DNA of 64,000 nucleotides from Haliotis rufescens (Eukaryota): NCBI RefSeq assembly GCF_023055435.1, contig NW_025964223.1, positions 44,020,001 to 44,084,000 of the forward strand, read 5' to 3'. Shown piece by piece: positions 52,660 to 64,000 of this stretch (position 1 is its first letter; each line of letters starts with the position of its first letter). The notes under the pieces were generated by a model. It saw only the letters and a program-made list of their open reading frames with translations, ran no database searches and was not told where the DNA came from. The position numbers and the translations under genes were made by a program.

Positions 52660-55600
52660 ATGACTTCATGTTGCAGTGCAAAGAGTTTGATGTTTCTTGT
52701 GATGTTGATTACCTGGACATATCAAGTAAATGGTTAGTACACCTTTTCTTAGATATAATTCTTATTAAGTTAATAATGTATTGGTATCCTTTAATGAACA
52801 AATATTGAAATCTTTTCCAAGATAATTCTGTTGTCTACCAGGTAGATGTGTATTTGACTGATTCAAATATTAAATTAAAATATCCATCATGCATATGTTT
52901 ATGTAATGTTCGCACACACTAATATGTCACTTATTCTTGGATGTACATGTTTAGTAAATGACATAAGAGGCACAAATCAGCAGCATTTATTTTATAGTCA
53001 TGTCATCCTGTGCAGTGTTCAAGTAATGCATTGATGTCATCTTCAAGATTATTGCACTTACATAGCAACATGCATCAATGTGTGTGTGTGTGCATCTGCT
53101 TGCCCACTAGTCCTTATGCTGGCCCTATAGTGCTGGCCCACTGAGATACCATGCTGCAGTTTTACACGGATACCCTACTCAGACACAGTATACTGACTCA
53201 GAGCATTATCTCCTTCATGCCGAACCCCAGGCAGGGTAACAACAAGTACAACCTTTTAACATCTTTTGGTATGATGCGGCCATGGGATCAAAATGCCCTT
53301 CGGCTATCCAGGCAGACACTCTTTCCACCACACCACAGAGTTGGTCTCATCTTGTAGTTACAAGTTTAAATCATAACTTAACATATATGATCACAGTAAC
53401 AGTTGCCTTTGCGCATGTGGTGTATGACCATGTCATGAAAGATCTAATAGTAAAAGATATAGTTGGGTATGTTTGATTTCTAAAATCCTAATGCCTGACT
53501 TCACAACATAGAGCCGAAAATCAAAGGATCTTTATCCTAAACCTTATGTTAAACAGTGAAGTCTTTATAAATCACTGGATTAAAAATAAGATTAGCTGAA
53601 ACCTTAAGTGTTGCCGATATGCCCCCCTTCTCTGTTCTATGCTATTGAATGTGATCAGCTATTGACAACTGTGGAATGGAACAGAAACGTTATTTCTCAA
53701 CAACAAAACTCTTTTGCAAAACTATTTCAATTTGCCATAGAAGATCATAGGTATGTCAAATATCAGAGGCGAGTGATGTTATTAGAGCAGTTAATCTGTA
53801 TGCAGTACAGTAAACATGTTTGTCTAATCAGGATGTCATGTATTATTCACACACCTAATCAGCAGTAAGACTGCACAGCCATGAAGCCTGACTTGTGGGT
53901 AGTTGAAGCATAGACGTTCCACCTTCAGGCATCATGCAGAGTTGGCTACCCCAGACTTTAGTGGTTGTCTGGGAAATGTAGCCAGTTTAAGTTGATTAAT
54001 AAAGATTTTCACTATCTGATATCCATAACAATGAATGAAACATGCATCTGACATTTAACCTTCAGTCTCCGTTTCAATCTGTGTTCTTATCATACATATT
54101 TCATGTTTGCATACATAATAGCAAAGTATTGAATTACATTATTTTCTGTAAGGTCACATATTGTAATCATGGTAACACCTTGCACGTCAACATTGTGAAA
54201 ACAGTCGGTCATTAGCTATAAAATCAGATGTCTTTGATGAAGGGAAAGGGAACTTTATTCTTGTGTTGGTACCAGAGTGTGGAGTCTCAGGCAGATCACA
54301 TCTATTTTTGTCATCCTGATAATGGGTGGTGGTGGGATAGCCTAGTGTTTAAAGCATTTTGGGTCGATTCCCCACATGGTACAACGTGTGAAGCCTGGCA
54401 TTTGTGTGTCCCCTGCCAAGGTACAACTGGAATATTGCTAAAAGAGGTGTTAAACCCAACTCACTCAATCACCTGATGATGGGGTTGGCCTGCTGGTCAA
54501 ATGGCAGAGGTGCACCTCAAATCAGAAAGACCTTGGTTTCAATCCCAGTTTATGGCCACAAATATAACAAGTAAGAATATGTTTTTCTCTTGTTAAAACT
54601 GTGCAGTAAGACATAAGTGTTGTATGACAGAGGAATAATATCAGATTTAAACTTCAAATCATCATGCAGGGATCAGAAAAGACTGCAATATTTGATACTC
54701 AGCATATATTTGACACTGCATACTCTCAGGACCTGTTTACAGAGAATGCCATATTTATGAGGATCTAGTTTATAGAGAGTGCTAGAAGAACATTTTTTGT
54801 ACAGTGCAATCGTTTATACCGATATGGGGATATAGAGAGATGCTTCTTGATAGAAATTGCCATATTATGCAGATGCCAGTTTATAGAGTGTGTTGGTTTA
54901 TTGAAACTCTGGTGTTGTGAGTGGCAGATGTAATGGATGCTGGATCATAGCAATAATATATTGAGATGTCATGTATATGCTGGTTGCAAAAAGAGAGGCA
55001 GATTTAAGAGAGGTTCTAGTTTATAGAGTGTCAAATTATAAGGAGTGTCTGAGATGCTGGTTTGGACAGAGTTCCAGATTATATAGAATCTGGTTTAAAG
55101 ATAATGTGATATTATTACTATGCTGGTTTAGAGTGATTGGGTGGTTACAGAGATGCTGGTTTAGAGAGAGTAGCAGATTACTGAGATGTACATATAGGGA
55201 GTGTCAGGTTTCTGAGATGCTGGTTTGGACATTATTACTATGCTGGTTTAGAGTGATTGTGTGATTACAGAGATGCTGGTTTAGAGAGAGCTGCAGATTA
55301 CAGACATGTACATGTAGGCAGAGAATCAGACTGTTGAGATAATGCTGAAATTGTGAAATTATTAATCCTCTTGATCACATGTTTGAAAGAGTCCAATGTA
55401 AGTCCAATCAAACAATCATATCGAAAAGGAAGACATATTTCCCAAATGAATTCCCAAGTTGATATTTCTCAGTGAACACTCTTTATCTCTTCAGCACACC
55501 CACAAGTGGTGTACATTATACATGAAAGACTGCTGTGTGAAAGGGCCAAACAATGAATAATTGTAACCAAATAATATTCTTAATTTTAATACAGTGGTTT

Positions 55601-58600
55601 TTAAATTGAGTTAATTCTTATTCAGGAGAGCCATAACTGTCCAATTTGATACAATTAACAATCCAGCAACATCTGAGATGTAAGGAAGCCTTATAAAGCT
55701 GTCAAACCTGCTCTGCAGTGATTGCAGAGAACAAAAGACACATGTGTCCTCATCTTTTGCAGCGTAACACGATCTATCTCTCCTCACCTTTCAAAAAGAA
55801 AGAAATTCACGCTGGAAAACCCACTAACTAGTACATGTTACAACTGTGCATGTTGAAGCTGGCCACCTAGATCTCTGTAAACCAGTCAACACAGGCTACA
55901 TGTACAAGACGGACCGTATAAAACATTAATTGACTCTTTCATGTTAAGCATCGTGCACACATTAGAACTAGCTGAAGTCAATGATACCAATGCGTTCTGC
56001 TGGTTCTTGACAATGTACTGACAGCAGAGCGGAACTAACGCTTGTAGTCTAGTCAATAACTTTGTAAATAGTTCATGATCCCAATGAACAAAAGCTCTTC
56101 TTGAGACTAAGCATATGACAAATATTATGAGTCACAAGTGTCATAGGTATAGGATTACAAGTACAAATTGTGCTCCTGAATATGTACAAAATATTCAGCT
56201 CTTAAAACAAGTTATGACAAATGAAAAATTGCATACATAAGCATATTTTCTTCTAAACAGAGCATTTCAATTTGTTAACTTTCACAATATTCAAAGCGAG
56301 CTCATCTGTAAAACAATGACAATATTACTTGCCTTAGATTTATTTATGGGCCAGTCACAGACACATGTATTATGATAACTTGAAGCGTAAACATAGCCAG
56401 CTGTGATGTTGTGAATAAGTAGAGACACATCAATCAACAAGAAACGGTTATACATGTCCAGCAAAGAGCTGATATTCTAAAAGACAGCAACTGGCAAGTT
56501 AGATCACAAAAAATGTGACAAAACCCAACTGAGGAATCTATTCTGAAACTTCCTTTCTTTGATTGAGGATCCCTAACAAAGTATCACATCCTTTATTTTA
56601 GAGATTGATCATTGCATATTTTCAACAATTTTCGACAATTTTCTGGGACAATTTATTTGGTTCAATAAAATCCCATGGTCCCCCCTGCCCTGCTTTTGAT
56701 GAGATCAAAAGCTTTCTTCAGGAGTTAATACAATAAACACACAAGACTTTTGTTGTTTTATTTGGTATTAATGACACGAAGGCTATGGTAAAAGAATGCT
56801 CTAAATGTCGGTTGTTTCTATTCTCATTCATGATCAAACTTTAATGGATCATTGATTACTTTTATATTCACCAACCCATGCTTGTCATAAGATCAGGTGG
56901 TCAGGCTCACTGACTTGGTAAGCTTGTCATTGTATCCCATTTGCGTAACGTAATGCTGATCATGACAATCACTGGAATGTCAGGGTCCAGATTCAATTAT
57001 TAAAAGACCTCCATCATATAGCTGGAATTGTGCAGATTGCAATGATAAACAACAAACGATATACCTGGAACATTGCTGGGAGTGACTTTAAACAACAAAC
57101 AAACAAACAAACAAACAAACAAACAAACAAACAAACAAACAATGTAATCTTTTCCCATCACAAGTTAATGACCACCTCCGACATACTGGTGTAGTTCACC
57201 ACTAGGAAGACTAAAGCAAATATATCCTTGTTGTATGATCATAGTCATGTAACTAATATTCATTCAAGACTTCAGAGAGTCTCATAGGTCATCAATCATA
57301 ATTTGAAAAAGCAGAAACACTCAATTTGTGGTACAAATATTTCTGTGCATGCATAGAGAGAGAGATTGAACATTGCAGAATCAACATCCCATTAGTACTA
57401 GTACAGTAATGATATGTCTATAACAAAGTAATCACTAGATGTTCATCAACACTCATAGAACTACCAGGCACCACTTGGCACATTATCTCATTATCCACAG
57501 GTATACCTATCAATGATGAAAATTGCTATGCGTTCCTCTTTACTTAATGGAATACACCATGCACACAGTCCAACCAACCACTCATGTGTCAAATGAATCT
57601 CATCATTCAACAGCATCATGTACAAGATGCCTTGAACAGTTTGCATAAAACAAAATCCCCCTAACATCACATATTTTAACAAATTAGATAAAAAAATAAA
57701 AATTAATTTATTGTGGCCTAAATAATAATTTCTTTATAAGCTATGAGCATGAATGGTGCAATGACGTGGCCTAGAGTGAATTATAAGCAAAGATTAGCAG
57801 TTGAGCAAAGTCCCTGGCTGATATTAGGTACAATTGAGTAACACTGAATTGTGTTTTATTTCACTGTCACAATGTGACACAAAGCATGTTAAAACCTTTA
57901 CTAATGTAACACCCTCCTTGTGTAGTGCTTAACCACCAGTATCCAGTTGTTATGACCAAGCACACTGATGTCTCCTCCTTCTATTCCAGGTCAAGGGTGT
58001 CCATCATCAGCAGCACCAGGTATGTACACACTGTCATCTGTACCACTTTGACACTGACATGTAGTCACGGTCAAATTCGTTCAGTTTAAGAATTCAGGGG
58101 GCCCACAATCAGCAGATATTGGCAGATTTAAGGGGATGCACAATCAGCAGATATTGGCACAATTAAGGGGCCCCACAACCAGCAGATATTTGCAGAATTA
58201 AGGGGCCCCACCACCAGCAGATATTGGCAGAATTAACAGAATCACAACCATCAACAATTAATATTCACACATGCCTTTAACAATCTGCTTAAAAACAAAA
58301 TCATAGTAAATGTAAAATGCTTCTCACATCACATTTTTTAACTATTTGGACGAAAATATAATCATTAATTTGTGTGGCATAAACATGCTCAACTGTTCAA
58401 CTCTATTTCAACGACTTTAAGAATTGCAGAAATTCTGAAGCTTGCTTTGTTATATCAGTAAACACACTCCTGGGCATAAAATTCTGAATAAACACTTAGT
58501 GTACACTCACTTCCCTAATACAGACATAGACATGCACACAATATACTTCCTTTATATTTCACAATTATGAAATCTTTAATTGTTGGTGTTCATATACCAT

Positions 58601-61600
58601 AGCTTGAATGTTAACAGTTAAAAATGGAAAAAAATAAATATATTTAGCAATATCAAAAGTAATCAACTGATACTACTTAAAAACTGATGAAAATCACTAA
58701 CAGTTGTAATCAGGGGTTGTCTCAAAATCTTTTATGTTTATTTTGGTGTTTACAGGATCCTACTAGTACAACATTTCCTTATTTCCTGATCAATACAATT
58801 TATTTACTCAGCACTCAGATAATCATATTCTGCATTCACCCTTCTAGAGAAAAAGATCAAGGCTGTTGATACTAAACACTACCTATCACAAATCTGATCA
58901 TCGCTGGAGCTATTATTGTGGTTTAGGCATTAATAGCACTATATTGTATCTGAATACATTAAGAGAGTATTTCATTTGATTAAACAAAAAAACAGTTTGT
59001 GCATAACAGAATCTTTTTATGGCCATTAATATTCAATAACTGCCATTTTGTTAATAGAAATTTCAGATACAGGTTGTTTTCTCTGCAACAAAGACACACA
59101 GGTGTATTGACCACATATTGATGATTTGCAGTACAATATACTGGTACTGCCATACAAATCAATCTCCCACATCAACAGCTAACTGATAGCTAATACAGAG
59201 GCTCTCTGATCAACACAGCCCTCAACAATCAGTTTTATATCCCAGGAAACAATGCATAGGGATACAGAATTGAGCATGTCCTTCCATCCATATGCCACTG
59301 CATCAACCTGTAATAATTAGATTCTGGAGAATAACTCACTTGGCAATCCCTATTTTCCAAACATTTGCGCTTGGGTCAAGCCTTTTTTTTGACATTTTCA
59401 TTTGGTATCAGTTTGGACTTTGACCTAGAGCATTTCTCAAAATCTTTTGACTATTTTCACACAAAACTTTATGAGATACATATGTATATCCAAAATTTTA
59501 AATGTTCAATACAGAGAATTATTTCTTCTCCCATTTTCAGGGCATTTTTCAGTTTATTGCTAAATTACTGATGTATCTCAATTTAATCTGCACCCCTCAT
59601 GGGTTTTTCTCCCTGTAGTGTTTTATTGTATGATTAACAGCTCCAAATCATCATTTATTCTTTGAATAGTGGCCGTACAAATTCTTAGTCCCATGATGGG
59701 ATTCAAACAGACTTTCTGACTCAAGATCAGACACCTTGTCCGCATGACTGAAAAGGTTAACCCCCTCAGCAGGCTGACAAGGTAGTTATGTCATCTGTTG
59801 GATGACTCCATGCCATATTATCAACGTTCATTTACCGTTGGGTTGACATCAATGATAATGATGAGAAAAAGTTCAGGAGATTTGATACAAGCATACAGTA
59901 TATACATGGTGTTTAAATGTACCTAACTGCAAAGGTTCGAACCTGCCTGGAGCAGCATAAAGGTAGCAGTTCAGACTGCTCTCTGGGGAGAATTCCTCTT
60001 GATCACTTTATATCTTTTCCTTAAGCTCTTACAATTTAAACATTGATTGCTGACCTTTTACACAGTTCTTGTGGGTAACAAGATACAGTTCTTAAAAGTC
60101 ATAGGTTAAAGTAAGTATGAACAGAAAACAGAGCCATGGAAAGATTAATGGACAAAACTATTTCACAATCATATTCATTGCCCCAAATGGTATAGATCTC
60201 CCTCATGATCTTGTGTAATTTCTATGTTATAATGTTTCCAACAGTTGCAGACATGTGTTCTGGGGACTCTGTCATTGGAGCTCGAGCATTTCTTGACACA
60301 TCCAGAGCTCCGCAAGTGAATCTCAACTGCACCTGTTCTCTGCAAACAACGGCAGATTCTCTAAGTGTTATCCTCATCGCTGCACCCAACTACCAAGGAT
60401 GCCTGTCCAGACTTGACTTCAGAGCATCTAATCCACTGACATTTGAATGCCTGTTTTCTGGGATAACAATTGATGTTTCTGCAAAGAAGAACTTTGACAT
60501 CAACTTCCTGAAAGATGTGCCGATGGCTAGCAATAACTACTGTGTGGACATCAAAGCAAATCCTTCACCTGGCGGTGAGTGATCCTATCTTAGTGACAGA
60601 CTATTGAATTGACATCAGGGCATCTCCTTCACCTGTAAAGAGCGAGCATATCTTAGTGACAAAATAGTGTATTGACATCAGGGCATCTCCTTCACCTGGA
60701 GGTGAGTGGTCATATCTTAGTGACAGACTATTGAATTGACATCAGGGCATCTCCTTCACCTGTAAAGAGCGAGCATATCTTAGTGACAAAATAGTGTATT
60801 GACATCAGGGCATCTCCTTCACCTGGAGGTGAGTGGTCATATCTTAGTGACAGACCAGTGTATTGACATCAGGGCATCTCCTTCACCTGGAGGTGAGTGG
60901 TCATATCTTAGTGGCAGACCAGTGTATTGACATCAGGGCATCTCCTTCACCTGGAGATGAGTGGTCATATCTTAGTGACAGACCAGTGTATTGACATCAG
61001 GGCATCTCCTTCACCTGGAGGTGAGTGGTCATATCTTAGTGACAGACCAGTGTATTGACATCAGGGCATCTCCTTCACCTGGAGGTGAGTGGTCATATCT
61101 TAGTGACAGACCAGTGTATTGGCATCAGGGCATCTCCTTCACCTGTAAAGAGCGAGCATATCTTAGTGACAAAATAGTGTATTGACATCAGGACATCTCC
61201 TTCACCTGGAGGTGAGTGGTCTTATCTTAGTGACAGATTAGTGTATTTACATCAGGGCATCTCCTTCACCTGTAAAGAGCGAGCATATCTTAGTGACAGA
61301 ATAGTGTACTGACATCAGCGCATCTCCTTCAAGCAGACATCAAGAACACATGTTCAAGAAACAGACTTGATTAGATATGGCTAAGTAAGGTTCCATAACA
61401 AATAGCAACTGATTATATAGCTGACAGTGATATTATTAATATCCTCTTCAAGGATACAGAATCAGCATGAAATCTACAATGACTATTCCTTATGCATATT
61501 TCTAGGATCCATAACCACAGTCCAACTCGTATGCCGTTCAGCAACCACTACCACAATCCCGACAACGACAACATCAACTACGACCACCAGCACTACCACC

Positions 61601-61885
61601 CCTATCCCAAAACCCATTGCCACAAGCACCCCTTACAACCCAACCACGTACCGACTGACCTACACCCCAGGTGTCACGTCTTTGCCAGGGGAGGTAACTA
61701 CAAGGAAGACCTACGGTCCGACCACCGAGACGACGCGCACTACAACAGTCTACACGTACACTGGCTTCCCCAACAGTGTCAGTCAGACTGCAAGTGAGCC
61801 GATGTTTAAAGTAAATGTTGTCCTTATTGTTCTGTATACCTTGCTTGGTGCTTGGCTTACATCGCCCATCTGTGGGAGTAAGTAA
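52660..61885 (+). CDS. Receptor-family gene 3: ~270 aa cell-surface protein (signal, Cys ectodomain, Thr-rich stalk, C-terminal hydrophobic segment; GPI-anchored or tail-less)
   Basis: Exons 52660-52732 (MTSCCSAKSLMFLVMLITWTYQVN, gttagt), 57990-58019 (30-nt micro-exon GQGCPSSAAP; strong pyrimidine tract, gtatgt), 60245-60574 (ADMCSG...NCTCSL...YCVDIKANPSPG, gtgagt) and 61506-61885 (GSITTVQLVC + T-rich stalk + VNVVLIVLYTLLGAWL). All introns phase 1; 813 nt open. The 3' end may splice further. Confidence 0.75.
53030..53345 (-). mobile_element. SINE family D, diverged
   Basis: Matches 6165-6510. Confidence 0.7.
54720..55345 (+). repeat. Degenerate ~32-bp satellite
   Basis: Recurrent gagatgctggtttagagag...cagatta units. 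Confidence 0.7.
56873..57141 (+). mobile_element. SINE family A with an expanded (AAAC)n tail
   Basis: caacccatgcttgtc...ggtggtcaggctc...; microsatellite at 57094-57141. Confidence 0.75.
58090..58236 (+). repeat. ~35-bp minisatellite (~4 copies)
   Basis: Unit aattaaggggccccacaaccagcagatattggcag. Confidence 0.85.
60547..61331 (+). repeat. 63/64-bp minisatellite (~12 copies) derived from the exon 3 end and splice donor of gene 3
   Basis: Unit gacatcagggcatctccttcacctggag|gtgagtggtcatatcttagtgacagaccagtgtatt; the first copy overlaps the coding exon. Confidence 0.95.
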
Positions 61886-63741
61886 ATGTCTGCACTCAAC
61901 AAGCAGGGCCAGACCAGTGTATTCATGTTTTTTACATAAGCAATGGCTCACTTACTTCTTCAGATGAAAGAAATAATTAAATATATATATATATATTTTG
62001 TTATTAATAATTTCATCTTTCAAGAACTTTTATAATTATAATTATATACGAACAATTACTTTACAAGAGAAATTTCCGAAACCCTATCATAATCTCTTAG
62101 GTTACTGACTTGGCAGTCTTTGCAGAATTTCATCTCAAACTAACCCAAGCAACATTTTTTATCAATTTTTGCCTCCTACATCTTGCCATATTGGCCTAAA
62201 CATGTGTAAAAGAAGAATACAAAGGTCTGGCCAAAGCAAGAAAACCTGACTAATCTGAACAAAAAACCCAAATGCTGCCAATAGAAAGTCTAAAGCACAG
62301 CATTAATGTAATATATTCAGGGATATGGTGTAGTCTTTGTTCTGGATCTTTGGATATATTCTTCTTCGTCAAAATATTTACAAGATTCATTTCAATTATG
62401 TGTGTGTATTCACACAGTCTACAAACATGACACAACTGACATATGAGCTATATTAAGGCAGAGGAAACAAAGAATGGGATAAATGTACCCATGCATCAGT
62501 TAAACCCATGTCTTCAGGGTGATTGGCCAATTGCTTCACCTCTAGATTGCCATCATTACCATAACAGGAATATTGATTTCAAGGATTTTCCGATGCACAT
62601 ATTCTTCATATTTGTTTCTGCGACAAGAATCTGTGCAAATGCTTCCCCATGAAACATACATGAAACAGACTATTACTCATACGCCTCTTAGGCCTCAAAT
62701 TCCTCTTCACCCATGACATTTCTACTTGAGAGTCACAATGACCTCTGATTCAATAGGCAAGAGAAAGCCATACAGAAATAGAAACCAATTGCCAGACCTG
62801 ACAATGTAACTGTGAAATGCAGGAAGACTCAACTCAACTCAACTCACAGTCATTATATTTTTATAAACATTCAGGCTGATAAAACAGTCAACACATTGAT
62901 TGCTGCTTTGTGCAACCTGCAACCCAGGCTATACACTAAAACATGCTTGATTCTTATTAGTCAAAATTAGATTAAAATCAGGTATCAAATTCCAACTGAT
63001 TACTCAAAACTAACAAGCCATTCGTACAAAAGCATGCGTGTGAATACATCAATTTATTGATAGCCTACATATCGATGCATATAAAAGATGGTGATTAGAA
63101 CAGTACACGTTCGATAATGGAACATTATCTGATGTCTTTGTCACTAACTGGTACACTGCACATGCTCTTGTTCACGACAGCTTATTAAACATGATGAAGT
63201 CTATTTCAGAACACATACAATGAAGTAAAACATACACTACCCAGTAACCACTGGTTCATGAAAATGAGCACCGTCTCTCTTGTCGAACAGTGCCTGCTTG
63301 TCTACATCTGCAAACAGCAGCTGTATTCAGACAAACTTCAAGATAGGTTCCATTGGAAATGGTTGTGCCATTTGGTCCATTTCCACCTGTTAATCATCAG
63401 GTTGATGTGAACATAACTACAGATTGGAATTGTCCTATAGTTTCACGCAATTTGTAAATAGCACTTTATCCATGAACAACTATGTTTTGGACAGTGAAGA
63501 GTAAAATATAGCCAGGTCCAAGTTTGGAGTGGAAAGATAGTCATTCTGAATATCTTTTACTGTTTGGGAGATATTTTAAACAAACTGGTACAAAAGTACA
63601 ACATAAAAATAACTAAAATCCTGTTATCCAATTCAATAAAGATTGTTAAAAAATAAATAAATTCAGCATAAGTTCATTATAAAGAGAACTGTTTTCATAG
63701 TAAGAATAGAGATAAACGACTGTGTTACTTCTCATCTGGAG

Positions 63742-64000
63742 ACCGCCTGTGTGGTCTAGTAGTAGAGCGTCCGCCCGGAGAGCGTAAGGTCCTGGGTTCA
63801 ATCCCAGCTGCGTCATACTAAAAGACGTTAAAAGATGGTACTTGTTGTTACCCTGTCTGGCATTCGACATTAAGGGCTAAAACAAAAACTGGTCAGCTCG
63901 GAGTCAGTATACTGTGTCAGAATGGGGTATTCATGCTAAACTGCGGCATGGTATCTCAATGGACTAGCACTACAAATCGACATCAGTCTGGACTAGTACA
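63742..64000 (+). mobile_element. SINE family D, truncated by the window end
   Basis: tRNA head gtggtctagtagtagagcg...ggttcaatccc, then gtcatactaaaagacgttaaaagatggtac. Confidence 0.8.

Noticed and set aside
54971-55264. Trp/Cys/Arg-rich repetitive ORF resembling a cationic peptide
   Set aside because: Translation of an intronic degenerate satellite; no signal peptide or splice support.

Overview
AT-rich, intron-containing animal genomic DNA. The SINE repertoire with (TCAC)n/(AAAC)n tails suggests a mollusc, possibly an abalone-like gastropod (inference, not checked). Most ORFs in the supplied track are spurious or are fragments of spliced genes and transposons. Reading splice sites by hand gives four host genes. 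(1) A three-exon minus-strand gene (9429->8084), missed by the ORF track, encoding a 105-aa precursor: signal peptide, amphipathic peptide FWGAILKLLKILGTTLLG..., G-KR processing site and an acidic two-EF-hand module. It is a candidate new antimicrobial/cytolytic peptide family. (2-4) A plus-strand cluster of three related cell-surface genes sharing a signal exon, a ~110-120 aa Cys-patterned ectodomain exon and a Thr/Ser/Pro stalk exon, but with different C-termini: a short ITAM-like tail (frameshifted copy, 14625-17599), a long tail with five D-(M/L/I/V)-Y-A-x-V motifs (23610-39302), and a tail-less or GPI-like end (52660-61885). This resembles a paired activating/inhibitory/decoy receptor locus. 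Also present: a duplication of 1-~4500 at 10830-~14240; a nested DIRS/Ngaro + hAT insertion and two Tc1 elements inside receptor gene 2; a LINE RT fragment; MITEs; four SINE families; several minisatellites, one of which amplifies a splice donor; and an assembly gap.
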